From positions 3,328,001 through 3,392,000 of the forward strand of contig CAVUDP010000002.1 in the NCBI GenBank assembly GCA_963740315.1: a DNA stretch of 64,000 nt, in the 5' to 3' direction. This stretch comes from an uncultured cyanobacterium. GTDB taxonomy: Bacteria > Cyanobacteriota > Cyanobacteriia > Cyanobacteriales > Nostocaceae. Made by a program: the position numbers and the translations under genes. The notes below the pieces were generated by a model that was not told the origin of the DNA, did not search any database, and saw nothing but the letters and a program-made list of their open reading frames with translations. Shown here piece after piece: positions 1-10,010 of the stretch. The first letter of the stretch is position 1. Every line of letters starts with the position of its first letter.

Positions 1-755
1 CCCGTCGAGTCTCGCCAACCTTTTTGTACCTGTACAAATGCAATCGCATCGCCAAATTTGATTAGACAGTACAAACTATAAAGTAAAGCACCACTACCAA
101 CAGCTAAACCAGCAAGATAAGCTTTTACACCCCTACGTTGTTTCCAAGCAACAAATAAAAAAGCAGGAATCAACATAACTCCAGTAATTCGAGTTGCTGT
201 AGACAAAATTCCCCAAATCGCTGCCGAGATATGCTGTTTTTTATCGAAAGCACGTAAAGCCGCCGTACTGAACAATAAAAACAATCCTTCAGTATAAATT
301 ACGCTTCCGTAAAGAGAATAAGGGCACCACGCCAAAACAGCAGTACTCCAACGGGCTGCATTTGTGCCATGACTTTCTTTCACCCAAGAATACAGAACAA
401 TTAAAGCACCTAAAAATGCGGCATTATTTAATAAAGTGGCTGCTACTTGAAAAGGCAAGCCGAAGAACATAATTAGACGAGTTAATAAAGGTAAAAGCGG
501 AAAAAAAGCTACAGAATATTGTTTGCCATCGTTAATAAATTCGTAACCAACAACTACAATTCGGTGATACCAAATGCTGTCCCATGCATAGAAAACATCC
601 CAGCCATAAATGGGAGTTTGAGCATTTTCCGCAATAGGAAGTGAAGGTGCAATTAACAACATTGCCACAATTATTACGACTCGACTGAAAAGCCACATTG
701 TTGTAGCAAAAAAGAAACCATTATTTATATTTAAAAAAGATTTAGATTGAGTCAT
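1..755 (-). CDS. GT-C fold mannosyltransferase (PIG-V-like) membrane protein, partial (runs off window start)
   Basis: Not in ORF track. Manual translation from ATG at 755: MTQSKSFLNINNGFFFATTMWLFSRVVII...FYAWDSIWY...AFFPLLP...IYTEGLF...TATRITG. The WD, AFFP and YTE motifs are typical of PIG-V-like proteins. Clear paralog of 5429..6715. Confidence 0.8.
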   Translation of the reverse strand, partial: MTQSKSFLNINNGFFFATTMWLFSRVVIIVAMLLIAPSLPIAENAQTPIYGWDVFYAWDSIWYHRIVVVGYEFINDGKQYSVAFFPLLPLLTRLIMFFGLPFQVAATLLNNAAFLGALIVLYSWVKESHGTNAARWSTAVLAWCPYSLYGSVIYTEGLFLLFSTAALRAFDKKQHISAAIWGILSTATRITGVMLIPAFLFVAWKQRRGVKAYLAGLAVGSGALLYSLYCLIKFGDAIAFVQVQKGWRDST

Positions 756-970
756 TCGATTTTAGATTTTAGATTTTGAATTGGCAATTTTAAATTTCAA
801 ATCAAGAATTATTTGATTTGATTATTTTAGATTATTCCTTGTTTGAAAGCTAATAGTTGCTCAAAGGTATCTAAATTATTAGATATTTATTATTTGATTT
901 ACAAACTTTGTACATCCGCATTTATAATTTTCTTCTTCTCTATTCTCTACTCCCTACTCCCTATTTCTTC

Positions 971-1339
971 TTACTTTTGCCAAACTACTAATATGACTCC
1001 ACAAACAATCAAACTTAAACCGACAAGACGAGTTAAAGGAATAGATTCTTTAAAAATAAAGTACCCTAGTAATACCGAAAATACGTAAACTAAAGAAGCC
1101 GATGGTCCCGCAACACTCAAATTAACTCTAGTTAGAAGAAGAATATAAACAACAGCACCGACACCATAACAAGCTAAACCCATTAATAATTCCGGGGTTG
1201 TAATAATTCCTAAAACTTGTTTAATCGCATTTGCGGCATCAACTCTACCCAATTTTACAGCACCTAATTTTAAAAATAATTGTCCCGTTACGCTTGCAGA
1301 AACTGACAGAAGTAGCAAACAAAATTCTTGCCAAGACAT
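971..1339 (-). CDS. SMR/EamA small 4-TM protein, ArnE/ArnF-like lipid-linked sugar flippase subunit candidate
   Basis: 122 aa, GQLFLKLG and LSVAGP...LVYV...FKESI pattern of DMT/SMR proteins; downstream of a GT2 gene. Confidence 0.75.
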   Translation of the reverse strand: MSWQEFCLLLLSVSASVTGQLFLKLGAVKLGRVDAANAIKQVLGIITTPELLMGLACYGVGAVVYILLLTRVNLSVAGPSASLVYVFSVLLGYFIFKESIPLTRLVGLSLIVCGVILVVWQK

Positions 1340-1439
1340 ATGTATTTTGGATTTTAGATTTTAACAACGGATGCGTTTTTTTTTAGATTTTGGATTGCTT
1401 TATTGGTAATTTTTAAATTCTTAACTCCTAACTCACGGG

Positions 1440-1464
1440 CAGACGTAGCATGCTACGTCTCTAC
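1440..1464. repeat. REP-like palindrome AGACGTAGCATGCTACGTCT
   Basis: Perfect 20-bp palindrome at 1441-1460 followed by CTAC. Confidence 0.7.
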
Positions 1465-1469
1465 AACTT

Positions 1470-2429
1470 TTAACTTTTAACCTTTTTCCTATTCGCAACA
1501 CCTCTCATTTCTTTTACAGTATAAATTGGACGACCTTTAACTTCTTCGTAAATACGACCTATATATTCGCCTAAAATACCAATACAAAATAACTGCACGG
1601 AACCTAAGAAAAACAGCGCAATTGTAATCAAAGTGTAGCCAATTAAAGGAGAAGCAAGGTTAAACAAACGCCAATATAAAACTAAAATTATCATTAATAA
1701 AGCCATTAGTGCCGAAAGCATTCCTAAATAAGTAGCAAGTTTTAAAGGAACTCTTGAAAAAGAAATGATTCCATTAATAGCTAATGCCCAAGATTTAGCA
1801 AAGGAATACTTAACTTTTCCGGCAAAACGCGGATCTCTTGCAAATGCGATCGCAGTTTGTCGAAAACCTACCCAAGCACGCAAACCGCGTATGTAACGAT
1901 TGCGTTCGGGCATAGCGTTAAGGATATCAACTACTTCCTTATCCATTAAACAGAAATCACCAGTATCTGGAGGTATATTTACATCAGCTAAACGCTTCAA
2001 AATACGATAAAAAGCGTAGGCTGTAAACCTTTTTAAAACACTTTCTTTTTTACGAGATATACGTTGTGCATAAACGACTTGATAACCTTGCCGCCATTTT
2101 TCAAGCATTGGTAAAATCAGTTCTGGCGGATCTTGTAAATCGGCATCCATTACAACTACAGCTTTACCGCTAACGTAGTTTAAACCTGCCGTTACAGCTA
2201 TTTGATGACCAAAATTACGAGCTAAACTAATGTAGTGAAAATTGCGATCGCGCTCGTAAATTTCGCGGATTAAATTTAAAGAATTATCCCGACTACCATC
2301 GTCAACAAAAATTAATTCGGTTTCATCATCTAGCTGTTTAATAACAGTTTGTAAGCGTTGATAAAGTTCGGAAATATTTTCCTGTTCATTATAAATTGGA
2401 GTAATTATAGAAACTATTGGTTGAGTCAT
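1470..2429 (-). CDS. GT2 polyprenyl-phosphate glycosyltransferase (ArnC/GtrB-like)
   Basis: [35 protein letters not shown] motifs and two C-terminal TM helices ending in [15 protein letters not shown]. Confidence 0.92.
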   Translation of the reverse strand: MTQPIVSIITPIYNEQENISELYQRLQTVIKQLDDETELIFVDDGSRDNSLNLIREIYERDRNFHYISLARNFGHQIAVTAGLNYVSGKAVVVMDADLQDPPELILPMLEKWRQGYQVVYAQRISRKKESVLKRFTAYAFYRILKRLADVNIPPDTGDFCLMDKEVVDILNAMPERNRYIRGLRAWVGFRQTAIAFARDPRFAGKVKYSFAKSWALAINGIISFSRVPLKLATYLGMLSALMALLMIILVLYWRLFNLASPLIGYTLITIALFFLGSVQLFCIGILGEYIGRIYEEVKGRPIYTVKEMRGVANRKKVKS

Positions 2430-2460
2430 TTTGAATCAGTTACCAGTTACCAGTTACCAG

Positions 2461-3204
2461 TTATAATCGGGGTTTTCTTGCTAATAGTAAAATAGATACG
2501 CCAAAGGGTAGAGGAAATTTATTGATGAGGTATCGTTCGCTAGCAAATAACCATTTTAAAACTTGATTGACTGGTTTTGATGGTACTACTAAATCGCTGC
2601 TGATTTGATTGTTGTTCTGTTTTGGTAACAGTTTTGCTAAAACTCGGACTATTGCCACTACGGGGAATAAAAAGGTATTAAAATAACTACTGTAATTTAG
2701 TTCATAGCCTGCTTTTTTTACTACCTGTTTTAAACCTTTTAATCGATAGCGGCGTTTGTGATGGTTAATGTCATCATGTTCGCTCCATAAAAATCTATAC
2801 GCCGGAACTGTAATTAGTAAATAACCTCCAGGTTTAAGTTTATAATATAAGGCTTTGAGTGCAGATAAATCATCATCAAGATGTTCGATGACATCTAGTA
2901 TCAAAATTAAGTCATACTGCAAACTAAAAGGAATATTATCTGGTAAACTACCTCTTTTTACCTGAGTTACTTGACGTTGATTTGCAAGTTGACAAGCAAC
3001 TTCTTCTAATTCCATCGCCGAAACTTGTCCGTGACGAGATAACATTTGTAAGTTACCACCAGTGCCGCAACCCGCTTCTAAGATTTGAGCATTTTTTTGC
3101 AAATTTAATCTCTGAATTACTTTTTCTATAATTTGACGACGGGCTACAAACCACCAATGTTTATCTTCTACAGATGCATATTGTAGGTAAAAATCTTTTT
3201 CCAT
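2461..3204 (-). CDS. class I SAM-dependent methyltransferase
   Basis: ILEAGCGTG motif I, DVIEHLDDD, LKPGG, HHKRRY; HWWF N-terminus as often seen in methyltransferases beside GtrB-like genes. Confidence 0.9.
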   Translation of the reverse strand: MEKDFYLQYASVEDKHWWFVARRQIIEKVIQRLNLQKNAQILEAGCGTGGNLQMLSRHGQVSAMELEEVACQLANQRQVTQVKRGSLPDNIPFSLQYDLILILDVIEHLDDDLSALKALYYKLKPGGYLLITVPAYRFLWSEHDDINHHKRRYRLKGLKQVVKKAGYELNYSSYFNTFLFPVVAIVRVLAKLLPKQNNNQISSDLVVPSKPVNQVLKWLFASERYLINKFPLPFGVSILLLARKPRL

Positions 3205-3445
3205 TAGCGCGAATTGCTTTATTTAACTTGTTCTAAATTTACCTTGGTGTGACTAATTGAATTAAATAATATATAATGTTACTTTTCTTATAGTTTTTGG
3301 CTTCTTCGTACTTAGTATGTTAAATAAGCAGTTTAAAAAAGGTAACAGGGAACACACACTTAATAACGCCTTGGAATAAATTAGGAGTAGTTGCTACAAC
3401 CGGGGAACCCGTCAACTCACTGCTCTTCAAGCTCAAAGTCTAAGT

Positions 3446-3635
3446 CTGATAAATTTCACATATTCCACTATTCTCAACACCACCAGGGGTTGCAAACCCC
3501 TGTCTCATAGCAAAAGTCCTATAAATAGGACTAGAAAAGGCTTTTAGTCTACTTTAGTAGACTTTCGCTAATTGGTTCCTCGGAATTGATTCCAAGGTGG
3601 TTTTAAGGCTAATATAGAATGGTGCAAGTTGTCAG
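3446..3635. mobile_element. MITE-like non-coding element with imperfect terminal inverted repeats and internal hairpins
   Basis: Left end CTGATAAATTTCACATATTC resembles the reverse complement of the right end (CTGACAACTTGCACCATTC). Internal palindromes: AGGGGTTGCAAACCCCT, AGTCCTATAAATAGGACT, AGTCTACTTTAGTAGACT, CCTCGGAATTGATTCCAAGG. Confidence 0.6.
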
Positions 3636-3636
3636 A

Positions 3637-5034
3637 TTAACCAGATTTATTAACAAACAAATAAACCTCATCTCGTTCTTTTACTAATTCAAATAATTGA
3701 TTATTTTTGAGTTGATTGACTAAATTAGCTGCAAATTCTGGATTTCTACTTCCATCGGGATGACGCACGTTTAATAAAATATATTTGAACTGAGTTAAAT
3801 CTGGAACTCCGCCGCTTAAATCATCTACAAACTGAATTTTTTGGCGATGAGTTAAATGAGGGACAATGCTATGAGTAGTTAAGACAGCTTCTTTAGTTTC
3901 AACTAAGGCGATCGCTTCTCGCGTTGCTTGCCAAGTATCGATGCTTCTAAGATATCGCGACCAAAAAAAGCCATATTTCCCTAATGCTAAAAAAGCCACT
4001 AACGCCCATAAAAAAATTATTTTTGGATTCCGCAGCCACGATTTATTTGCAGCGAGGCTGGAAATTACCGCCAAAATTAAAAACGGCAAGATGGGTAAAG
4101 AATATTGGTGAATTAAATCTCGTTGCTCCGGTTTTTCGGAAAGAATATTTACTATTAATACGGGAATAACACTTATTAAAGGTGCGAGATGCTTTGGTGT
4201 CAGTCCCCAAATTACAGGTGCGATTACTAATGCTAAATATCCGAAAGTATCTGGAGAAAAAACTTTACCTAATATCAATCCGGGCTTCAAAAATAAATTC
4301 GCAACAATATCTAAAACCGAATCTCCGAGATAACTATAACGAGCAACAGCCGCCGCTTCACTATTACTAAAACTTGGGATAATTAATTGAGTTGCAATCA
4401 GAAACCACGCACAACCAGCAATCAAAGCAAATACACCACATACACGGCGTTTTTCAAAGATCAACAGCCAAAAACCCATCGCTGCCACTGTTAAGGATAA
4501 TACCGCTTTGCAACCCAAAATAAAAATAGTTCCCGCACAAAACCAAATAACTTTTTGCGATCGCGCCGCTAAAACTACCCCCAAAAATACCGGGATAGCC
4601 ATCACTTCCGGGTGAAATTCAAATAAATTAACGTTAAAAATTAGCGGGTACAGTAAATAAACTGCCGACATTGTTACAGCTTGATTTTCTTTGAGTCCAG
4701 CTTGTTTGGCAAGATAATAAGTAGGTACAGCACCCAAAGCCAAAGAAACAGCCTGCACCGCCAACAGCCAGTAAGCACTAGGGTAAATCTTGTAGAGTAA
4801 AGCCAGAGGATAAACCGCCCAAGCTACATGATTACCCATGTGATGAAAACCCAGAGTCGAGGAAATTGGCGCTTCTCCTTGACTCATTAGGTAAACAACT
4901 TGATCGTAAATTCCCAAATCAAAAGCCCCCGACTGAAAAAGTGCGTGTCGCAAACCACTGCAAACAATCAGCAATATCGCAGCACTTACACTCATCCAAG
5001 CAACAGTATTTTTATTAATAATTTTTGTTTCCAC
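3637..5034 (-). CDS. DUF2079 family multi-pass membrane protein (GT-C-like)
   Basis: AFDLGIYDQ, GNH, FEFHPE, CKA, HQYS motifs; about 10 hydrophobic segments; GTG start. Confidence 0.82.
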   Translation of the reverse strand: METKIINKNTVAWMSVSAAILLIVCSGLRHALFQSGAFDLGIYDQVVYLMSQGEAPISSTLGFHHMGNHVAWAVYPLALLYKIYPSAYWLLAVQAVSLALGAVPTYYLAKQAGLKENQAVTMSAVYLLYPLIFNVNLFEFHPEVMAIPVFLGVVLAARSQKVIWFCAGTIFILGCKAVLSLTVAAMGFWLLIFEKRRVCGVFALIAGCAWFLIATQLIIPSFSNSEAAAVARYSYLGDSVLDIVANLFLKPGLILGKVFSPDTFGYLALVIAPVIWGLTPKHLAPLISVIPVLIVNILSEKPEQRDLIHQYSLPILPFLILAVISSLAANKSWLRNPKIIFLWALVAFLALGKYGFFWSRYLRSIDTWQATREAIALVETKEAVLTTHSIVPHLTHRQKIQFVDDLSGGVPDLTQFKYILLNVRHPDGSRNPEFAANLVNQLKNNQLFELVKERDEVYLFVNKSG

Positions 5035-5061
5035 CAGAATTTATTTATATATTGATTGAGG

Positions 5062-5427
5062 ATTAGGGGTAGAGGGGTAGAGGGGGGAGATGGGGAGATG
5101 GGGAGATGGGGAGACAAGGGGAAAAGAGAATAATCTAAAATCTAAAATTCTTTAACTCCTAACTCCTAACTCCTAACTCCTAACTCCTAACTCCTAACTC
5201 CTAACTCCTAATTCCTAACTCCTAACTCCTAATTCCTAACTCCCACCCCTCAATCTAAAATCCGAAACAAAAGCATCCGTTGTTAAAATCTAAAATCTAA
5301 AATTTTTATAACTCCTTGTCTCCTTGTCTCCCCATCCCCCCATCTCCCCATCCCCCCATCTCCCCATCCCCCCATCCCCCCATCCCCCCATCTCCCCATC
5401 TCCCCATCTCCCCCATCTCCCCATCCT
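5062..5427. repeat. Composite STRR arrays: GGGGAGAT, (TCCTAAC)n, TCTAAAA, (CATCTCCC/CATCCCC)n
   Basis: Directly visible tandem heptamer/octamer arrays in the intergenic space. Confidence 0.95.
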
Positions 5428-5428
5428 C

Positions 5429-6715
5429 TTAACCTACCCACAAATCCTGGGCGAATCTGATGGAAAAAGTTGTGAGTAAAATGGCGAAGAAACCCATAGT
5501 TAAATATCCCCAACGAGGATGACGGGATAGGAATACGCCGAGGGCAATGCTAACTGATACGATACCGTAAACGATGCGACTCAGCGACCAAGTACCTCCG
5601 GAAACTAAAACTAATGCCAAACCACATAAGCCATAAGTTGCGGTAACTGGACTCAATTCGTTGCGTAATTTCCAAACTAAATAACCGCTACCGACAACTG
5701 AGACGGTGTTAATTAAAGGATCGCCAGCTACTAACCACCAAATTAAAATCAAAGCTGCAAAACCATAGTCAACCTTGGCTTTACCTATCTTTTTGCGGAA
5801 GCGCCACAATAAATAACCAAGCCCGACAATTAAAGCAAATAATAACGGCTGCACGGGATCTTTTATTCCTCCTTGTTTCCAATTTTCATTGCCGATGGTT
5901 ATTTGCATTAACATTTTCCACCAATTTTGCCAGTCAAATCCCAAGGATTCACGCCATCCTTTCTGGGCTTCAATAAAGGCTAATGGATCGCCAAATTTAA
6001 GGGCACAATACAGACTAAATGCAAGTACTCCGGTTGCAGTAGCTAAAGCGGCAATATAGGCGGATGCTGGTTTTCGTTGTTTCCACGATGCAATTATCAA
6101 AGCTGGAATCAATGCTAAACCTGTAGGGCGCGTTGCTGTTGCCAGAGTACCCCAAAAAGCAGTCAAGCCATATCGACTTTTGTCAAAAGCCTGCATTGCC
6201 GCAGCACTGAGAAATAAATACAAACCTTCGGTATAAATAACTCCCGCAAACATCGACGGCGGACACCAAGCTAATACAGCAGCAGCCCATCGCGCTTCTT
6301 TATTTCCTAAATAAGACTTAACCCAAAAATATACGCAGTAAATCGCCCCTAAAAGTGCCAAATTATTTACTAGTAACCCGGCAAGTTTAAAAGGCAAACC
6401 TAAACTCATTAAAAACTTGACCATTAAGGGAAACAACGGAAAAAATGCCACATTATGCATTTTGCCGTCATTAATATATTCATATCCCGTAGTAGCTATA
6501 TCTTGGTAATGTATGCTATCCCAAGCATAAAATACTTCTAAGTCAAACGTCGCTGCAATTCCTCCCGATGGTGCTTGTAATAAAGGCGCAATCCCTAACA
6601 TGACAACCCAAATCAGCAAGCGACTCCCCAACCACATTGCAGCAGGAAATAATAATTCGTTTATCTGGAAAACTTTGTTATTCTTATCTTTCTTGAGTAA
6701 TTCAACTTTCGTCAT
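5429..6715 (-). CDS. GT-C fold mannosyltransferase (PIG-V-like) membrane protein
   Basis: FYAWDSIHY, VAFFPLFP, IYTEGLY, TATRPTG, GDPLAFIEAQKGW motifs; multi-TM. Confidence 0.82.
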   Translation of the reverse strand: MTKVELLKKDKNNKVFQINELLFPAAMWLGSRLLIWVVMLGIAPLLQAPSGGIAATFDLEVFYAWDSIHYQDIATTGYEYINDGKMHNVAFFPLFPLMVKFLMSLGLPFKLAGLLVNNLALLGAIYCVYFWVKSYLGNKEARWAAAVLAWCPPSMFAGVIYTEGLYLFLSAAAMQAFDKSRYGLTAFWGTLATATRPTGLALIPALIIASWKQRKPASAYIAALATATGVLAFSLYCALKFGDPLAFIEAQKGWRESLGFDWQNWWKMLMQITIGNENWKQGGIKDPVQPLLFALIVGLGYLLWRFRKKIGKAKVDYGFAALILIWWLVAGDPLINTVSVVGSGYLVWKLRNELSPVTATYGLCGLALVLVSGGTWSLSRIVYGIVSVSIALGVFLSRHPRWGYLTMGFFAILLTTFSIRFAQDLWVG

Positions 6716-7099
6716 ACAGAAAGAGTATTTAATAGAACTAGTTTTTTGGCTATTGATTGTATACGTCTAGGGGTAATTTTGACAAGTATACTGTCTTTTT
6801 TTTACATAAATTGATTCAATAAAACTATACAATTTTTCTGATGATATTGAATATAGTAGTATCTTTTTATACGATAAATTGTGAATTGGCAAACCGTCAG
6901 TAGTTAGGAACTTTCTTATGCTAAAATTCTCAATCAACAGGGATCGATTTGCGAGCGGCAACAGAAAAGCGAGAGCATAGAATCAAGATTTAGTATTTCA
7001 TACTTGATATTAAACATCGACTGACACTGATAAATTTTGAAAGTGAAAAACGCCAAAAAATAGCTTGCAAGTTTAATAAATAAGCTAAATTAATCTATT

Positions 7100-8068
7100 A
7101 TGACAAAATTGATTATTCAAATTCCCTGTTATAACGAAGAAGCAACATTAGGAGCTACAATTGCAGAATTACCACGGCAAATAGAGGGTGTTGACAGTAT
7201 CGAATTGTTGGTGATTGATGACGGTAGCAGAGACAAAACTGTAGAAGTTGCCAAAGCTTGCGGTGTAGATATTATCGTCAGATTACCCCACAATCAAGGA
7301 CTTGCAAAAGCTTTTATGGCAGGTTTGGAAGCCTCGTTAAAAGCAGGAGCCGACATCATTGTTAATACTGATGCTGATAATCAATATTGTGCCTCGGATA
7401 TCCCATTATTAATAGAACCAATTATTTTAGGACAAGCAGATATTGTAGTTGGTGCCAGACCAATTTGGAAGACAAAACACTTTTCTTTGATAAAAAAGTT
7501 ACTACAAAAATTTGGTAGTTGGGTAGTTCGTCGCGCTAGCAATACTAATATTCCCGATGCTCCCAGCGGTTTTCGTGCTTTTAATCGCGAAGCCGCACTG
7601 AGATTAAATGTATTTAATAGTTATACGTATACTTTAGAAACAATTATTCAAGCCGGACAAAAAGGGATGAAAATTGTTTCCGTACCGATCAAAACTAACT
7701 TTGTTTCGCGCCCTTCACGTTTAGTCAAAAACAACGCTTCCTATGTAGTGCGATCGCTGTTTACAATTCTTCGCATATTCATGCTTTACAGACCGCTGCG
7801 TTTTTTCTTACTTTTAGGCAGCGTACCCTTTAGTTTGGGCGTGATATTGGGAATACGCTGGCTAATATTTTTATTCATGGGAACCGAACGAACCCGCATA
7901 CCAAGTTTAATTCTGACAGCCATTTTAATATTAATTGGTTTTCAATTATGGATGTTTGGATTAGTAGCAGATTTAATGGCAGCAAACCGTCAATTACTCG
8001 AAGACACACAATTAAGAATGCGTCGCAAAGAAATGGACAAAGAAGAAAAAACAAAGGTTAAAGGTTAA
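7100..8068 (+). CDS. GT2 glycosyltransferase (DPM/DPG-synthase-like) with C-terminal TM hairpin
   Basis: IPCYNEE, IDDGSRD, NQGLAKA, NTDADNQY, DAPSGFRA motifs. Confidence 0.9.
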   Translation: MTKLIIQIPCYNEEATLGATIAELPRQIEGVDSIELLVIDDGSRDKTVEVAKACGVDIIVRLPHNQGLAKAFMAGLEASLKAGADIIVNTDADNQYCASDIPLLIEPIILGQADIVVGARPIWKTKHFSLIKKLLQKFGSWVVRRASNTNIPDAPSGFRAFNREAALRLNVFNSYTYTLETIIQAGQKGMKIVSVPIKTNFVSRPSRLVKNNASYVVRSLFTILRIFMLYRPLRFFLLLGSVPFSLGVILGIRWLIFLFMGTERTRIPSLILTAILILIGFQLWMFGLVADLMAANRQLLEDTQLRMRRKEMDKEEKTKVKG

Positions 8069-8405
8069 AGGTTAAAGGTTAAAGGTCAAAGGTTAAAGGT
8101 TAAAGGTCAAAGGTTAAAGGTTAAAGGTGTAATAACTCTTAACTCCTAACTCCTAACTCCTAACTCTTAACTCTTAACTCCCCATCTCCCCCGCTCGCCG
8201 CACGCCCTCGCCGCACAAGCGCGGTGAACGCGTGTTCAGCGCGGCACGACTCGTTAGAGTAACGGGTTGCGCCACTTCTCTCAACGGTCGTGTTCCTCCG
8301 CACGTTTTGGGCTTACCATCTCCCCATCTCCCCATCTCCCCATCCCCTTGTCCCCCCATCCCCCCATCCCCCCATCTCCCCATCTCCCCATCTCCCCATC
8401 TCCCC
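8053..8405. repeat. Composite STRR (AAAGGTT)n, (TCCTAAC)n, (CATCTCCC)n with a nested GC-rich palindromic insert
   Basis: Visible tandem arrays; GC-rich insert at about 8192-8317. Confidence 0.9.
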
Positions 8406-10010
8406 ATGCCCAATAAAGACTTATTCGCGATCGAAGCGTTAGCCCAAATTCCCAAGATTCTTACTTTATTAGATCGCAATCCTCACAGCCCTACTTATGG
8501 TTGTTTTGACCGCAATTTCTGGCACTATAAAATTATTGATTTTCCCAGTGGGATGGCGCAGGAATTTGTTTTTCCTTTGGCTTTAATTTACGATACCGAT
8601 CTACCGGATAATCCATATTATCGTCAGCCTGCTATCAAAAATTGGGTGGAAGCGGGGATTTTGTACGCGGCTCGTAGCGCTCATAAAGATGGCTCTTGCG
8701 ATGATTATTTTCCTTTTGAACGAGCTTCGGGGGCTGCTGCTTTTTCGCTGTTGGCTTGTATTGAAAGTTATATTTTATTAGATTTAGATAATCAAGCTTT
8801 TTTAAAGTTTTTTACTAAGCGTGCCGATTGGTTGGCGGAGCATCATGAAAGCGGACAGTTAACCAACCATCAAGCATTAATTGTTTTGTGTTTGGAGAGA
8901 TTATCACAATTATTAAAAACTTCTAGATGGGATAAAGCCAAAGTACAGCGCTTGGAGCGTGTTTTATCTTGGCAAAATGAAGAAGGTTGGTTTATTGAAT
9001 ACGAAGGTTGTGACCCTGGATATCATACTTTAACTATTTCTTGTTTGGCACAAATTTATCAGTTTAATCAAGATATACGCATCAAAGAAGCATTAATCAA
9101 AGCTGTCAAATTAGCTGCTGAATTCGTCCATCCCGATGGTTCTTATGGTGGGGAATATACCAGTCGCAATACTTACAACTTTTTTCCCCACGGTTTTGAA
9201 TTAGTTGGCAAATGGATGCCGGAAGCATTAGAAATTAATCAGCGGTTTTTGCAAGGTTTAGTAAATGGATTATCTCCGTGTTATGCTGACGACCATATTA
9301 TCGGACATCATACCTGGAACTATTTATTAACTTGGCGCGACTTTGTAAACGAACGACCATTAGTAAACACACTTAGTAATAATCAAAAGAATCGTATTTG
9401 GTTAAAGAATGCCAGAATATTGATCGATCGCCGCGAAAATACACAACTATATTTAGCATTAAATAAAGGTGGAGTGTTCAAGCTATTTCGGGATAATAAA
9501 TTAGTTGCTGCCGATACGCAAATTTCTTTACAGGTGCGACACAAAGGTAAAATAAAAAATGCAGTAGGACATTTAGTTGCACCTTACGAATTAAATATCA
9601 ACGATGACGAAATTACTGTGAGCGGCAACCTTGGTTGGGCAAAGCAAAAACAAATGACACCGCTAAATTTACTTATACTGCGAATTGTGATGTTAACCGT
9701 AGGAAGATTTTTCCCTAACTTGATTCGCAAGATATTACAAAGTATTTTAATTACTGGTAAAAACGATGCACCTTTTCGTTTTATTCGCCGATTGCGCTGG
9801 CAAAACGCAAAATGGTATGTTATCGATGAATTGCACCCCCAAACTTGGGATAACGTCATTGCTGCGGGTATTGGCTGCGATCAAACTTCTATTTATGTTG
9901 TCATGAGTCGGACATTCCAAAGAAGTCAATTACAACCTTGGCTGGATTTAACTTCCGAAGTCAAAAAACTCGCTTCTTCTCAACCATTAAAAATCGAGCG
10001 CGAATTATGA
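8406..10010 (+). CDS. uncharacterised soluble protein, probable alpha/alpha-barrel enzyme in glycosylation cluster (start revised to MPNKDLF)
   Basis: First 58 codons of track ORF 8232 are translated repeat. Recurring x-x-D/E-G-S/W motifs (AHKDGSC, QNEEGWF, VHPDGSYG). Stop overlaps next start (ATGA). Confidence 0.7.
   Translation: MPNKDLFAIEALAQIPKILTLLDRNPHSPTYGCFDRNFWHYKIIDFPSGMAQEFVFPLALIYDTDLPDNPYYRQPAIKNWVEAGILYAARSAHKDGSCDDYFPFERASGAAAFSLLACIESYILLDLDNQAFLKFFTKRADWLAEHHESGQLTNHQALIVLCLERLSQLLKTSRWDKAKVQRLERVLSWQNEEGWFIEYEGCDPGYHTLTISCLAQIYQFNQDIRIKEALIKAVKLAAEFVHPDGSYGGEYTSRNTYNFFPHGFELVGKWMPEALEINQRFLQGLVNGLSPCYADDHIIGHHTWNYLLTWRDFVNERPLVNTLSNNQKNRIWLKNARILIDRRENTQLYLALNKGGVFKLFRDNKLVAADTQISLQVRHKGKIKNAVGHLVAPYELNINDDEITVSGNLGWAKQKQMTPLNLLILRIVMLTVGRFFPNLIRKILQSILITGKNDAPFRFIRRLRWQNAKWYVIDELHPQTWDNVIAAGIGCDQTSIYVVMSRTFQRSQLQPWLDLTSEVKKLASSQPLKIEREL

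Noticed and set aside
5153..5243. Tandem arrays considered as CRISPR
   Set aside because: 7-8-nt units without unique spacers, and no cas genes in the window
5283..5513. 76-aa ORF rich in GDGEMGRW
   Set aside because: Translation of the STRR array, overlapping the end of a real gene
8174..8479. 101-aa minus-strand ORF and the 58-aa N-terminal extension of ORF 8232
   Set aside because: Both are read-throughs of STRR and palindromic repeats; the plausible start is ATG 8406
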